A stretch of 64,000 nucleotides of DNA from an uncultured delta proteobacterium. GTDB taxonomy: Bacteria > Bdellovibrionota > FAC87 > UBA2466. Position numbers and translations under genes: made by a program. Positions 47,357-57,620 of the stretch are shown one piece after another. A model generated the notes under the pieces. It saw nothing but the letters and a program-made list of their open reading frames with translations, had not been told where the DNA came from and did no database searches. Every line of letters begins with the position of its first letter. Within the stretch, counting starts at the first letter, position 1. The stretch covers positions 2,560,001 to 2,624,000 of the forward strand of contig CAVZSV010000004.1 in the NCBI GenBank assembly GCA_963778115.1, read 5' to 3'.

Positions 47357-48352
47357 TTAAAGTCTCCCTAATACCCACACTCCGACAGCAACCAAAGCAC
47401 AAATTCCAACTGCCATTCGGTGCGTCGTAAACCAAAGCTGATAGCTCTTAGCGGTAGCGCGCAGATCGAATCTGCCGTGAGCACTCCAATTTCCGGGAAC
47501 GGGTTCCCATAAATTGTCAGGTCGATTCGGAAGCGCAAGGGTTAACGTCTGTTGGTTATTAAATCCTACTTTTGCTAGATACTTGTCGCCGATTCCAGGA
47601 AAAAACTTATTAAGTTCCATTACCGCTAGCGTTGAGCCGCCCACATAAAGCTCTCTGCGATAATGGTGGGCCAGCCAATAGATCCCCTCTGCGATCACTT
47701 CAGGCTGATAGATAGGAGGGACGGGCTGAGGACGGTAGGGTAATTTGCATCTAACCCAGTCAAACTGAGGGGTATTTACGGCGGGTAATTGGATCATGCT
47801 GATCTTCACCCGGCTTTTGTCGTGCATCAACTCCGTCCTGACAGAATCGGTAAATCCTTCGATTGCGTGTTTGGCGCCGCAGTAAGCCGATTGCAGAGGA
47901 ATGGAGCGACGTGCGAGAGCTGAACCAACTTGAACGACCGTTCCTCGATTCCTTAGCCGCATGCGCTTGAGTGCACACATGGTTCCAAATACAGTCCCTA
48001 GATACGTGACCTGTGTTACTCTTTCAAATTCTTCTGGCAGCATACGCTGGAATTGAGCGAAGACGGAAACCATCGCATTATTGATCCAGATATCGATAGG
48101 CCCCAACGTGTTCTCCACCATTTCGGTAGCGCGTTCCACTTCAGAAAAGTTTGCCACGTCCGTTGGGATCGCTATAGCGCGTCCCCCTAACTCCTCTACC
48201 TCTCTTTTGGTAGTTTCCAAACGATCGGGGTCACGTGCTAGCAAAGCAATACTCGCTCCACGCCTCGCAAAGGCCCGGGTGGTTGCTTTTCCTACTCCAG
48301 CGGTGGCTCCGGTAATGACAACGACTTCGGGCGTATTGCGAGACGAACTCAT
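47357..48352 (-). CDS. short-chain dehydrogenase/reductase
   Basis: TGATAGVG, INNA and YCGAK motifs. Confidence 0.92.
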   Translation of the reverse strand: MSSSRNTPEVVVITGATAGVGKATTRAFARRGASIALLARDPDRLETTKREVEELGGRAIAIPTDVANFSEVERATEMVENTLGPIDIWINNAMVSVFAQFQRMLPEEFERVTQVTYLGTVFGTMCALKRMRLRNRGTVVQVGSALARRSIPLQSAYCGAKHAIEGFTDSVRTELMHDKSRVKISMIQLPAVNTPQFDWVRCKLPYRPQPVPPIYQPEVIAEGIYWLAHHYRRELYVGGSTLAVMELNKFFPGIGDKYLAKVGFNNQQTLTLALPNRPDNLWEPVPGNWSAHGRFDLRATAKSYQLWFTTHRMAVGICALVAVGVWVLGRL

Positions 48353-48385
48353 GGGACAACTCTCCTATGAAGAGGGATAGCCGAC

Positions 48386-48793
48386 TTACTCAGCCAAAAC
48401 ATTAATCTGCTTCTCAGCATCGGTTATCTTGTCCGTGATCTTATCCCTCAGTTTGTTGCGCTTTTCGACGGATGAGGCAGTTCGCAAATCCCTAAGGTGT
48501 TCCCGAGCCTTATCCGTATCTTTGGAGGCATCGTGAACGGCCTTTTTGAGCTTTTGGAATCTGTCGTTGTCCGTCGTCAAAGTATCCATTTGTGCCCTAA
48601 GATCGATGAGTTTCTTCTCGATCGCCGTTATTCTTCCCTCAGAAAGGGAGACGTAATTGTTAACTTCGTCCTGAGTCGCTACCGCGTCAGGCGGATCCGT
48701 GGGGTAGGCGATTGCAAAAGCACCCGCAGGGAGGAAAGTTAAAGTAATGATGAGCATTAACGTTCTTTTCGTCTTTGGTGTGATCATAGGCAT
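48386..48793 (-). CDS. secreted coiled-coil hypothetical protein
   Basis: Signal peptide ending AFA; heptad-rich; RBS AAGGA. Confidence 0.65.
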   Translation of the reverse strand: MPMITPKTKRTLMLIITLTFLPAGAFAIAYPTDPPDAVATQDEVNNYVSLSEGRITAIEKKLIDLRAQMDTLTTDNDRFQKLKKAVHDASKDTDKAREHLRDLRTASSVEKRNKLRDKITDKITDAEKQINVLAE

Positions 48794-48827
48794 TCCTTTC
48801 GTTTAACCAAGTTATGTCGTCTAAGTA

Positions 48828-48871
48828 AGCAAGGGAGGTGCCAAAGCGGTAGAGGTGGACTGTTAATTGCA
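48828..48871. promoter_or_regulatory. back-to-back divergent sigma54 promoters
   Basis: Minus strand TGGCAC-CTCCC-TTGCT (48828-48843); plus strand TGGACT-GTTAA-TTGCA (48856-48871). Confidence 0.7.
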
Positions 48872-48884
48872 AAGCCCAAAGAGC

Positions 48885-49970
48885 ATGAACTCATTAACCC
48901 TTGGCTCATTCGACGGAAAACGCGCTTCCCTGGTCACTTTCATCGCGCTACTGCTCATCTTTGGAGGTCTCAACTTACGGCTGGCGCTTCCTTATCTTTT
49001 GACACTTTTTATGGGAGCCATCTTAGCTAGCTTATTCCGGAATCGTTATTCCTGGCTGGTGGGTCGAAAGTTTCCCCCTTGGCTTGCGGCCCTGACTCTT
49101 ATTTTAATTCTCATCATTGGGGTGCTGGGGCCTTTGGTTTTGTTTGGCATTCTCGCTGTCAGCCAAGGCGTCGAATTCGGTAAAGAACTTAGCAGCCAAA
49201 ACGATATCTCTTTGGGAAGCCTCAACGAAATGTTGGTGAGTTTTCGCCCCTTGCGGCAACTGTTTGGAGATCCGGCTAGCGTACAACAAAAAATATCTTC
49301 TCTTCTGCAAGAATCCGGAAAAAAGATTGCCACCGGGGTTTTGGCTATAGCCGCCAACGTTCCTGGAATCGCGCTTCAAATCATTTTGGTCCTGGTAACT
49401 TGCTATTTCTTTTTGGTGGACGGCGAGAAATTCATGAACTGGTGGCGAGATAAAATTCCTTTGGAGGCAAATGTAAGGGCTCAACTCCTAGAAGCGTTTA
49501 GGGATGCCTCGTTTTCAACGATCTGGTCGGCGATGTCGGGGGCTTTGGTGCAAGCGGGTTTGTTGGTCATTGGGTTTCTCGTAACGGGAGTTCCCGCTGT
49601 GTTTGTTGCTGGTGGCGTAGCTTTCGTACTAGCGTGGTTGCCGATAGTGGGAAGCATTCCCGTGTGGTTGGCCGGAGTAGGTTATCTTATTGTGCAAAAA
49701 CATTACGGTTACCTCGCGATTCTTCTGGCGATCGGCGTGATAGCGGGAATTGCGGATAACGTCGTTCGGCCGTGGGTGTTAAAGGGCCGAAGTGACATGA
49801 ATTCTCTAGTGGGTTTAATCGCTATCTTCGGAGGGATCGAACTCTTTGGAATCTTCGGCGTCTTTTACGGGCCTATTCTGGTAGCGACGGCTTCGGCTCT
49901 ACTTGAAGTATGGCCCAGTGTAGCGCGTCGCTTTGGAATTGAGAACCCCGAACCTCTAGAAGTCTCTTAG
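48885..49970 (+). CDS. AI-2E family transporter
   Basis: YFFLVDG, LPIVGS, DNVVRP and GVFYGP motifs. Confidence 0.9.
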   Translation: MNSLTLGSFDGKRASLVTFIALLLIFGGLNLRLALPYLLTLFMGAILASLFRNRYSWLVGRKFPPWLAALTLILILIIGVLGPLVLFGILAVSQGVEFGKELSSQNDISLGSLNEMLVSFRPLRQLFGDPASVQQKISSLLQESGKKIATGVLAIAANVPGIALQIILVLVTCYFFLVDGEKFMNWWRDKIPLEANVRAQLLEAFRDASFSTIWSAMSGALVQAGLLVIGFLVTGVPAVFVAGGVAFVLAWLPIVGSIPVWLAGVGYLIVQKHYGYLAILLAIGVIAGIADNVVRPWVLKGRSDMNSLVGLIAIFGGIELFGIFGVFYGPILVATASALLEVWPSVARRFGIENPEPLEVS

Positions 49971-49984
49971 TGAGGGCGCATAGC

Positions 49985-50000
49985 CGGCATGGGATTTGCT
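49985..50000 (+). promoter_or_regulatory. sigma54 -24/-12 promoter
   Basis: CGGCAT-GGGAT-TTGCT upstream of the gene at 50041. Confidence 0.6.
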
Positions 50001-50040
50001 TTCTTTTAGCGCTAAACGGCTTGGCATCAAGGAGAGGTTT

Positions 50041-51789
50041 ATGACGGGCGCAGATGTTCTAGTGGAATCCTTACTACGATGGGGAGTAGATACTATCTTC
50101 GGATTGCCCGGAGACGGGATTAACGGAATCATGGAGTCGCTTAGGACCCACAGAGAAAAGATTAGATTCATCCAAGTTCGTCATGAAGAGTCCGCCGCTT
50201 TTATGGCGTGTGCGTACGCCAAATACACCAACAAGTTGGGAGTGTGTCTAGCCACTTCTGGCCCTGGAGGGATCCATCTTTTGAACGGGCTCTATGATGC
50301 CAAAATGGACGGGCAGCCGGTACTTGCGATCACCGGACTTCAATTTCATGATCTCATCAACACAATGACCCAGCAGGATGTGGAGTTGGACAAACTGTTT
50401 CAAGATGTGGCGGCCTATGACGTTCGCATCATGGGACCCAATCACGTGGAAAACGCGGTGGAGATGGCATGCCGGACTTCGCTTAGTTACAAGAAGGTGT
50501 CCCATATCTGCTTTCCTGTCGATATGCAGTCCATGAAAGTGGAAAAAAAAGCAGCTTCCCCACGAAATGTCGCTCACCACAATTCTTACGCATATGCGGC
50601 GAGCGCCCGTTTGCCTGACGACAAGTTGTTGGCCCAAGCCGCGGAAATTCTAAACGAAGGAAAGAAGGTCGCTATCTTGGTGGGAAGAGGCGCTTTACAT
50701 GCGACTTGCGAACTTCTTATCGTAGCCGAAAAATTAGGGGCCCCTATCATTAAGGCTTTACTCGGAAAAGGGGCAGTCCCGGATGACAGTCCCTATACGA
50801 CCGGAGGCATAGGTCTATTGGGAACACGGCCTTCGCAGGAGGCTCTGGAAGAATGCGACACTCTGCTCATGGTGGGAACCTCCTTTCCTTATATAGAGTT
50901 TTATCCGAAACCAGGACAAGCGCGCGCTGTTCAGATTGAGATGGATCCGGTTCGCATCGGTCTTCGTTATCCCATCGAAGTCGGGCTAGTCGGGGACTCT
51001 AAACAAACGCTTGCTGCTTTGAGTTCCTTGCTAACTCCAAAGAGCGACATTTCGTTCGTCCAAAAATCTTATGAGGGGATGAAACAGTGGTGGGGGCTCA
51101 TGGAAAAACAAGGGACCGCCCCAGCGATTCCCATGAAGCCGCAAGTGGTCGCTTGGGAATTGGGAAAGCGCTTAAACGATGATGCCATCGTCTCTTCGGA
51201 TTCGGGAACCATCACCACTTGGTGGGCTCGACATATTCGGGCGAGACGGGGACAGTTGTATTCTTGCTCTGGAAATTTGGCGTCGATGGCCTGTGGATTA
51301 CCCTATGCCATCGCGGCCCAACTCGCTTTTCCCGAACGGCAATCGGTGGCAGTGGTCGGTGACGGAGGACTCACGATGCTAATGGGCGATTTTGTAACGG
51401 CCGTAAAATATAAACTTCCCGTAAAGATTTTAGTTCTTAAGAATAACACCTTGGGACAGATCATGTGGGAGCAGATGGTATTTTTGGGAAACCCGGAATA
51501 CGGGTGCGAACTGAGTCCCATCGATTTTGCCACGTTTGCTCGCGCGTGCGGTGGCGATGGTTTTACTATCGAAGATCCCAAACAGTGTGGGGCTATCCTA
51601 GATGCCGCTTTGGCCTCCGATCGCCCCACCATCATTGAAGCGGTGGTCGATCCGTTTGAGGCGCCCATGCCGGCCAAGATTGAGCTAAAACAAGCGGCTC
51701 ATTTCGCCGAATCCCTGGCCAAAGGAACTCCCTATGGCGGGAAGATTGCCCTAACGGTAATGTCGGACAAAGTCCGTGAGATGACATAG
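50041..51789 (+). CDS. ThDP-dependent pyruvate oxidase/dehydrogenase (PoxB/YdaP-like)
   Basis: FGLPGD, RHEE, TSGPG..HLLNGLYDAK and GDGG...NN motifs; RBS AAGGAG. Confidence 0.92.
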   Translation: MTGADVLVESLLRWGVDTIFGLPGDGINGIMESLRTHREKIRFIQVRHEESAAFMACAYAKYTNKLGVCLATSGPGGIHLLNGLYDAKMDGQPVLAITGLQFHDLINTMTQQDVELDKLFQDVAAYDVRIMGPNHVENAVEMACRTSLSYKKVSHICFPVDMQSMKVEKKAASPRNVAHHNSYAYAASARLPDDKLLAQAAEILNEGKKVAILVGRGALHATCELLIVAEKLGAPIIKALLGKGAVPDDSPYTTGGIGLLGTRPSQEALEECDTLLMVGTSFPYIEFYPKPGQARAVQIEMDPVRIGLRYPIEVGLVGDSKQTLAALSSLLTPKSDISFVQKSYEGMKQWWGLMEKQGTAPAIPMKPQVVAWELGKRLNDDAIVSSDSGTITTWWARHIRARRGQLYSCSGNLASMACGLPYAIAAQLAFPERQSVAVVGDGGLTMLMGDFVTAVKYKLPVKILVLKNNTLGQIMWEQMVFLGNPEYGCELSPIDFATFARACGGDGFTIEDPKQCGAILDAALASDRPTIIEAVVDPFEAPMPAKIELKQAAHFAESLAKGTPYGGKIALTVMSDKVREMT

Positions 51790-51800
51790 GAGCGGACAAC

Positions 51801-53663
51801 GTGCTCGCAAAAGAAATAAATTCCAAGAGCGGAATCGGTGATTACGGATTCATCGGAGACTGCCAATCGGCGGCCTTAGTCTCTCGAAAGGGATCTATCG
51901 ATTGGCTTTGCCTCCCCCGTTTCGATTCTCCGGCATGCTTTGCAGCCTTACTGGGAACCCAAGAGAACGGAAGATGGGCCATTGTACCCAAAGAGGAAAA
52001 CGGATTAGTCACGCAGAGTCGCTCTTATCTTAAGGACACCTTGGTTTTACAGACCGATTATCGTTTTGCTAGTGGCTCGGCTCATGTGATCGATAGTATG
52101 CCCGAGCGCGCTAACTTTCCTGAGGTAGTTAGGGTGGTGCAAGGCGTGAATGGGAGTTCTGCCTTCCACATGGAGTTTGCCATTCGCTTCGAGTACGGCT
52201 CGGTGCTTCCGTGGACCAAACGGGTATCCGAAAGAGCCATCATGCTAGGAGCCGGCCCATGTAGAGTATTACTCAGAAGTACCGTCCCTCTCAAGTGCGA
52301 CGACGACCAGGTAAGTTGTGATATTGCGGTAAGAGAAGGTGAGGTGGTCACTTTTGTAATGACCTGGCTTTCCCAGAGCGATTCCTCTTTTCAGGAAATA
52401 GATCCCATGGCGGCCATAGAACGGACCGTTTCGGTCTGGCAGCAATGGGCGGGTAAATCATCCTATCAAGGACCTCACGCTGAAACCGTTCGAAGATCTC
52501 TAATTACCCTTAAGGGACTTATCTATGCTCCGAGCGGTGGTATGGTCGCGGCTCCCACTACCTCACTTCCGGAGAACATCGGCGGTTCACGAAACTGGGA
52601 TTATCGCTACTGCTGGCTCCGAGATACGACCGTGGTCCTTCATGCTTTACTGGGGGCAGGCTATCACGTTGAAGCGGGCGCTTGGCAAGAGTGGCTTCAA
52701 CAAGTCGTAGCGGGCCATCCTTCTCAGGTTCAGATCCTTTACGGCATTGGAGGGGAACGAACAATATCGGAGAGGGAATTGAGTTTTCTAAAAGGATATC
52801 GGGATAGCAAACCGGTGCGAGTGGGAAACGCGGCTCACGGACAAAGACAACTGGATGTCTTTGGGGAGCTTATGGACGTATTTTACGATGCCAGAGTTCA
52901 TGGCCTAAAGACCGAACCTTCGCTCTGGACTTTACAGAAAGAGCTTCTCGATTTTCTAAAGGGAATTTGGAAAGAACCCGATGCGGGGATCTGGGAAGTT
53001 CGAGGGCCCATGCGACATTTCACTCATTCCAAAGCAATGGCGTGGTTGGCTTTCTCCAGAGGCGTTGAGACCGCCAAACGATTTGGGCTTGAGGGACCGG
53101 CTAAGGAGTGGGAAGCGGAAGCGAAAAAAATCCATAGCGCTATTTGCGACAGGGCCTTTAATCATCGGCTCAACTCCTTTACCCAGTCTTTTGATTCGAA
53201 AGACCTTGATGCGAGCCTATTACTTCTGCCGGTTATTGGTTTCTTACCGGCGGAGGACCCTCGAATTCGAGGAACTATCAAAGCCATCGAAGCGCAATTG
53301 GCTGACGGCGCTTTTGTAAAACGGTATGACACGAAGACTAAAGTGGATGGGATTAAAGATCCGCGTGAAGCTGCTTTCTTGCCCGCTTGCTTTTGGCTGG
53401 TAGACGCTCTGGCTATGCTGGGAGAACGAGAAAAGGCGGAGAGTCATTTCGAGGCGTTAATCAATGTCCGAAACGATTTGGGATTGCTCTCCGAGGAATA
53501 TAACGTCGAAACGAACTCGTTATGCGGCAACTTTCCGCAGGCGTTCTCTCACGTCGCTCTAGTGAACAGCGCTTTCAAACTATACGGATCCGGCGAAAAA
53601 ACAGGACTCAATTGTTTTCCTCCGCTGAGAGCTGGATCAACGTTTCGCAGACAGTCGGCCTAG
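51801..53663 (+). CDS. glycoside hydrolase family 15 (trehalase/glucoamylase-like)
   Basis: IDWLCLPRFDS, APTTSLPE, RNWDYRYCWLRD, GIWEVRG, LLSEE and GNFPQAFSH motifs. Confidence 0.95.
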   Translation: MLAKEINSKSGIGDYGFIGDCQSAALVSRKGSIDWLCLPRFDSPACFAALLGTQENGRWAIVPKEENGLVTQSRSYLKDTLVLQTDYRFASGSAHVIDSMPERANFPEVVRVVQGVNGSSAFHMEFAIRFEYGSVLPWTKRVSERAIMLGAGPCRVLLRSTVPLKCDDDQVSCDIAVREGEVVTFVMTWLSQSDSSFQEIDPMAAIERTVSVWQQWAGKSSYQGPHAETVRRSLITLKGLIYAPSGGMVAAPTTSLPENIGGSRNWDYRYCWLRDTTVVLHALLGAGYHVEAGAWQEWLQQVVAGHPSQVQILYGIGGERTISERELSFLKGYRDSKPVRVGNAAHGQRQLDVFGELMDVFYDARVHGLKTEPSLWTLQKELLDFLKGIWKEPDAGIWEVRGPMRHFTHSKAMAWLAFSRGVETAKRFGLEGPAKEWEAEAKKIHSAICDRAFNHRLNSFTQSFDSKDLDASLLLLPVIGFLPAEDPRIRGTIKAIEAQLADGAFVKRYDTKTKVDGIKDPREAAFLPACFWLVDALAMLGEREKAESHFEALINVRNDLGLLSEEYNVETNSLCGNFPQAFSHVALVNSAFKLYGSGEKTGLNCFPPLRAGSTFRRQSA

Positions 53664-54972
53664 GATGGCTGAGGGTTCTTATCTGGTGACGGATCTTTTC
53701 GATAATCGTGGACTTATGGTGTTCGGCAAAAAAAGGTTCGAGCAAAATACAAAGAGTGCCTGCGCATAGCATGGTCGGTATCGGAGCGGTTTCACCAAAG
53801 AGTTGCAGAAGTCGCAGAACTTGAAAGACAAAACCACCCCAGATGGCGACGACGGCTGTGAATTTATGCCCAGTCGATGAAGACGTGTGGGAATTTCCCT
53901 GCCGAGCCTCCTTCTCCTTTCGAAGTGCCAGAGACGACTGCCATCGATCGACAGCCAAGTTGCAATATGCGGTGAGGGCGGCGTTGAGAGTCCCTGTGGT
54001 GAGGGCAGCGGATAGCACATCTTGGGTTCCTACAATCGCCCATAACAATACCGCGTTGACCAACCAATTAAGGACGAATGCCGAGCCCAAAAAGAATATC
54101 TCGTCGTGCGTTTTGGCCATGGCATCACCGTCACTTCCGTTAATCCAGTAGACCCTGTGCTGCATTCGCATTGAGGAAAACTCCCTTGTTGCCATCACCG
54201 AACCGTAGGTCCATCCCATATTAAATATTTGTGCGATCCACCAATTGGTCTCGCGCGGGGAAATACCCTTCCACCAAAGTGCCATGCTAAGGCTTAGAAC
54301 GGAACCTGCCATGGCGAAGCTTGCCGCTTTGTGAAAATCGATGTCCCCTACAAATCTTCGATGCCAATGGCCTTGTTGATCTTGGATTATCCAATGCTCG
54401 AGAAAGGTCGTCTCGCGCATCGACTTATAGAAGTGGCTAATCCCTTGGTGGAGTCTTTTTGCAATATTAATGGGATTTAGCGCCCCGCCAAGTCGGCGAA
54501 GGACGGAACACTCCTCGGAAACCGCTCTAGGATCGCAATGATCTGCAAATTTAAGGAGAATTTGTTGGGTTTGTGCTTCGGTGGGTAATTGACTTGTCGT
54601 TTGATCGACAAGTTGTTCTAATTCTGCTTCCGTTACAATCGTAACGTCTAACTCGATATCCGCCTGTTCCAGAAGTTTCAAAAGGAGTTCGTGGTTTTCG
54701 GTAAGCTCTCCTCTGATATGAATCAATTTAGCTCTGATTGGTTTGCGGCCCGTCTTTCGTCTTAACTCGGTCGCTTGCTCGATTAAAGACTGTGCTGCCG
54801 CTTGTGCCTGACTCTTGGTGCGAAGATCGTAAATGATGGGGCCAGATTCGTCGGTAGCAGGGAGTTTTTCCGTCAGAGCAAAACAGGTAGTACGCCAAGG
54901 GAATAGCGCTTGCCACGCAAAGACGCACACCAAAAGCGCTGTAAATCTTCTCATGCGGATAAAAATTGCCAT
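53608..54972 (-). CDS. hypothetical membrane protein
   Basis: 454-aa ORF with a signal-like start and several TM segments; its 3' end overlaps the GH15 gene. Confidence 0.55.
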   Translation of the reverse strand: MAIFIRMRRFTALLVCVFAWQALFPWRTTCFALTEKLPATDESGPIIYDLRTKSQAQAAAQSLIEQATELRRKTGRKPIRAKLIHIRGELTENHELLLKLLEQADIELDVTIVTEAELEQLVDQTTSQLPTEAQTQQILLKFADHCDPRAVSEECSVLRRLGGALNPINIAKRLHQGISHFYKSMRETTFLEHWIIQDQQGHWHRRFVGDIDFHKAASFAMAGSVLSLSMALWWKGISPRETNWWIAQIFNMGWTYGSVMATREFSSMRMQHRVYWINGSDGDAMAKTHDEIFFLGSAFVLNWLVNAVLLWAIVGTQDVLSAALTTGTLNAALTAYCNLAVDRWQSSLALRKEKEARQGNSHTSSSTGHKFTAVVAIWGGFVFQVLRLLQLFGETAPIPTMLCAGTLCILLEPFFAEHHKSTIIEKIRHQIRTLSHPRPTVCETLIQLSAEENN

Positions 54973-54990
54973 AGCAGTAGGTATAGAGGT

Positions 54991-55028
54991 TGCAACGGCT
55001 GTGCCACGGAAATGGACCTACTCTTGCA
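54991..55028. promoter_or_regulatory. back-to-back divergent sigma54 promoters
   Basis: Minus strand TGGCAC-AGCCG-TTGCA (54991-55006); plus strand TGGACC-TACTC-TTGCA (55013-55028). Confidence 0.72.
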
Positions 55029-55078
55029 TTTTCGTGCGCGAGGGAGAGGAAACCGGTAAATAGCTGAGGAGATTTGCA

Positions 55079-56548
55079 ATGCCCAAAACGGAACATGAGT
55101 CGAAAGGTAACAAGTCGCGGCAGCATACCAAACTTGTAAAAACCAATATCCCCGCGCGGCTCGATAGGCTTGCGTGGTCCCGGTTTCATTGGATCGTCAT
55201 TATTAGCTTAGGCATCACTTGGATTTTAGACGGATTAGAAGTGACCTTGATGGGTGCTATTAGCGGCGTGCTTGAAGATCCTAAGTCTCTTCATCTATCG
55301 AGCCAAGACATCGGAATGATCGGATCTTCTTACGTTGCGGGCGCTGTCCTAGGCTCTTTGGTGTTTGGCTACTTGACCGACAGGCTGGGAAGGAAACTTC
55401 TTTTTTTTGTAACGCTCGCCGTTTATTTGGCCGGTGTTATCTTGACGGCGTTTTCATGGGATGTTTGGAGTTTTGTGGCCTTCCGCTTTCTCACCGGCGC
55501 TGGCATTGGAGGAGAATATGCGGCAGTTAATTCCGCGGTCGATGAACTGATTCCGGGTCGTATTCGAGGCAGAACAGATCTTATCGTAAATGGAACGTAT
55601 TGGCTGGGTGCAGCCCTGGGTTCGGCCTCCACCCTGTTTCTACTCAATCCCGCTTTTTTCCGGGTCAACTTGGGGTGGAGACTGGGATTTGGTGTTGGAG
55701 GAATATTAGGCCTTTCTATCTTATTTCTCCGCAAATTTTTACCCGAGAGTCCTCGCTGGCTAGTGATCCACGGGAAGGAAAAAGAGGCGGAATCCATCGT
55801 TAGTGAAATTGAGTGCGAAGTGGAGCACCAAACCGGGAAGAAAAGTCACAAGCGGCTAAAATCTATATCGATCCACCCCCAATCGTCGTTTGGACTTCTT
55901 GCCATTATTCGGGCGATGTTCACTCAGTATCGCAAACAGTCTGTGTTGGGCCTTTCGTTAATGGTGGCGCAGGCCTTCTTATATAATGCGGTTTTATTTA
56001 CTTATGTTCTTGTCCTAAGAAAATTTTATGATGTCCCGGTCAAGGATTCGGGCTTATATCTACTGCCCTTTGCTCTGGGAAATTTTCTGGGCCCTCTCAT
56101 TCTAGGCCATTTCTTTGATGTTATCGGAAGAAAACCCATGATCGTAGGAACGTATGGCGTCTCAGCGATTCTTCTGGTGGCTACCGGTTGGCTTTTCGTT
56201 CACGGATCGTTATCAGCCGCCGGACAAACAGCCCTTTGGACTATCATTTTCTTCTTTGCTTCTGCCGCTGCCAGTTCCGCTTATTTAACAGTGAGCGAAA
56301 TTTTCCCACTCGAAATTCGAGCGCTAGCCATCGCTATCTTTTATTCCTTAGGAACTGGAATCGGCGGGATTGTTGCCCCCTGGCTGTTTGGCACTTTGAT
56401 AGGAACGGGGTCTCGAGAAAATATCTTTGGGGGCTATGGCATTGCTGCTTTCTTAATGTTGGTAGCGGCCTTAACCGAATTTTTTCTGGGAATTCGGGCG
56501 GAAAGAAAATCTTTAGAGTCCATCGCTAAGCCGCTATCGGCTGAATAG
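55079..56548 (+). CDS. MFS transporter (sugar porter-like)
   Basis: DRLGRK, RFLTGAGIGGEY, PESPRWL and SEIFP motifs. Confidence 0.92.
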   Translation: MPKTEHESKGNKSRQHTKLVKTNIPARLDRLAWSRFHWIVIISLGITWILDGLEVTLMGAISGVLEDPKSLHLSSQDIGMIGSSYVAGAVLGSLVFGYLTDRLGRKLLFFVTLAVYLAGVILTAFSWDVWSFVAFRFLTGAGIGGEYAAVNSAVDELIPGRIRGRTDLIVNGTYWLGAALGSASTLFLLNPAFFRVNLGWRLGFGVGGILGLSILFLRKFLPESPRWLVIHGKEKEAESIVSEIECEVEHQTGKKSHKRLKSISIHPQSSFGLLAIIRAMFTQYRKQSVLGLSLMVAQAFLYNAVLFTYVLVLRKFYDVPVKDSGLYLLPFALGNFLGPLILGHFFDVIGRKPMIVGTYGVSAILLVATGWLFVHGSLSAAGQTALWTIIFFFASAAASSAYLTVSEIFPLEIRALAIAIFYSLGTGIGGIVAPWLFGTLIGTGSRENIFGGYGIAAFLMLVAALTEFFLGIRAERKSLESIAKPLSAE

Positions 56549-57505
56549 AGGAGATTGCGGTTTTGTATTTCGGGTTTTTCTACCTGAAGTGGGTTTTTCA
56601 AGGATTAGACTTGCTATTTCTCCTACCGGTAAGCCGTCTACCTCGCTCCAACGACCTTGGTAAACCAATTTCTGCGGATAATTTCGCTTTAAATATTTTC
56701 CAGAGTGAACCTTAAATCCGATGGTCATGGCATGATGACCCAAAACAATAGGATCAAGAAGATGGAAAAAAGGAGTGTAGTGCTCCAGATAACCTTCCGG
56801 GACAAAATGCTTAATGTCCCCGGCGAGAACGTTAGGAATCCAGCCGGGAAACGGGTAAAGATCGTACTGAGCCAAGAAATTGATCTGCTTTCTCTGCATG
56901 TAGATATCGTCCCAACCGGGGAAAAGATGGCAAAATGGGCTTGTGCCTGTGATGTAGAAGCGTCCCCCCGGGGGCAAGAGGTCATACGCCCATTGCAATA
57001 CTCGGAGCTGCTCTTCACCGGAAAGGTACATGAACATCGCGAAGGCGGCGATATCGGTGATTTCGTAACCTAAGTAAAGTTGGTGAAGACGTGACTCTAG
57101 TGAAGGATTTTCTTCGAAGTTAAGGGGGAATTCGGCGGTTAGGGTCTCGTATTGGGAAGGGTGAATTTTCACACTGTCTAACTCATCTTCAGCGATGAGT
57201 CGGTGATTTTCCTCCATGTCGAAATAGATGACGTGTCCGCCCCCCGTTAAGATTTTTTTTTCCATGTCGCCATAGGCTCCGCCGATGTGAATGACGGCTC
57301 GTTGTTTCGGGTTCTGTGGATTGGGGTTCAGATTGCGCTGAGTTCTGTTGATGGCCCGGCGGATAAAGCCTAATTGAGTTTCGTTAAAGCGGGTATCGGC
57401 GTAGCCCCTGCGATTTAGCGTAGGCCTGCGCAAATCCTGGTCTAGACCAGGAAAAAGAGCCATATGGCCCGCTAAAAGGGTCGAAATGATTATCTTTGCA
57501 CACAT
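56534..57505 (-). CDS. hypothetical protein, possible class I SAM methyltransferase fold
   Basis: VIHIGGAYG, YFDM and LLPPGGRFYIT motifs. Confidence 0.55.
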   Translation of the reverse strand: MCAKIIISTLLAGHMALFPGLDQDLRRPTLNRRGYADTRFNETQLGFIRRAINRTQRNLNPNPQNPKQRAVIHIGGAYGDMEKKILTGGGHVIYFDMEENHRLIAEDELDSVKIHPSQYETLTAEFPLNFEENPSLESRLHQLYLGYEITDIAAFAMFMYLSGEEQLRVLQWAYDLLPPGGRFYITGTSPFCHLFPGWDDIYMQRKQINFLAQYDLYPFPGWIPNVLAGDIKHFVPEGYLEHYTPFFHLLDPIVLGHHAMTIGFKVHSGKYLKRNYPQKLVYQGRWSEVDGLPVGEIASLILEKPTSGRKTRNTKPQSPLFSR

Positions 57506-57620
57506 GAGGAATGCCGCCCAACATATACGAACTGAAATTCAAAACAAGGGGTTCAATTCCCAAAAAGATTAGGATATAAGCCTGCCAACAGCTATTTTGT
57601 CGTCGAGAAAGGCGGACTTC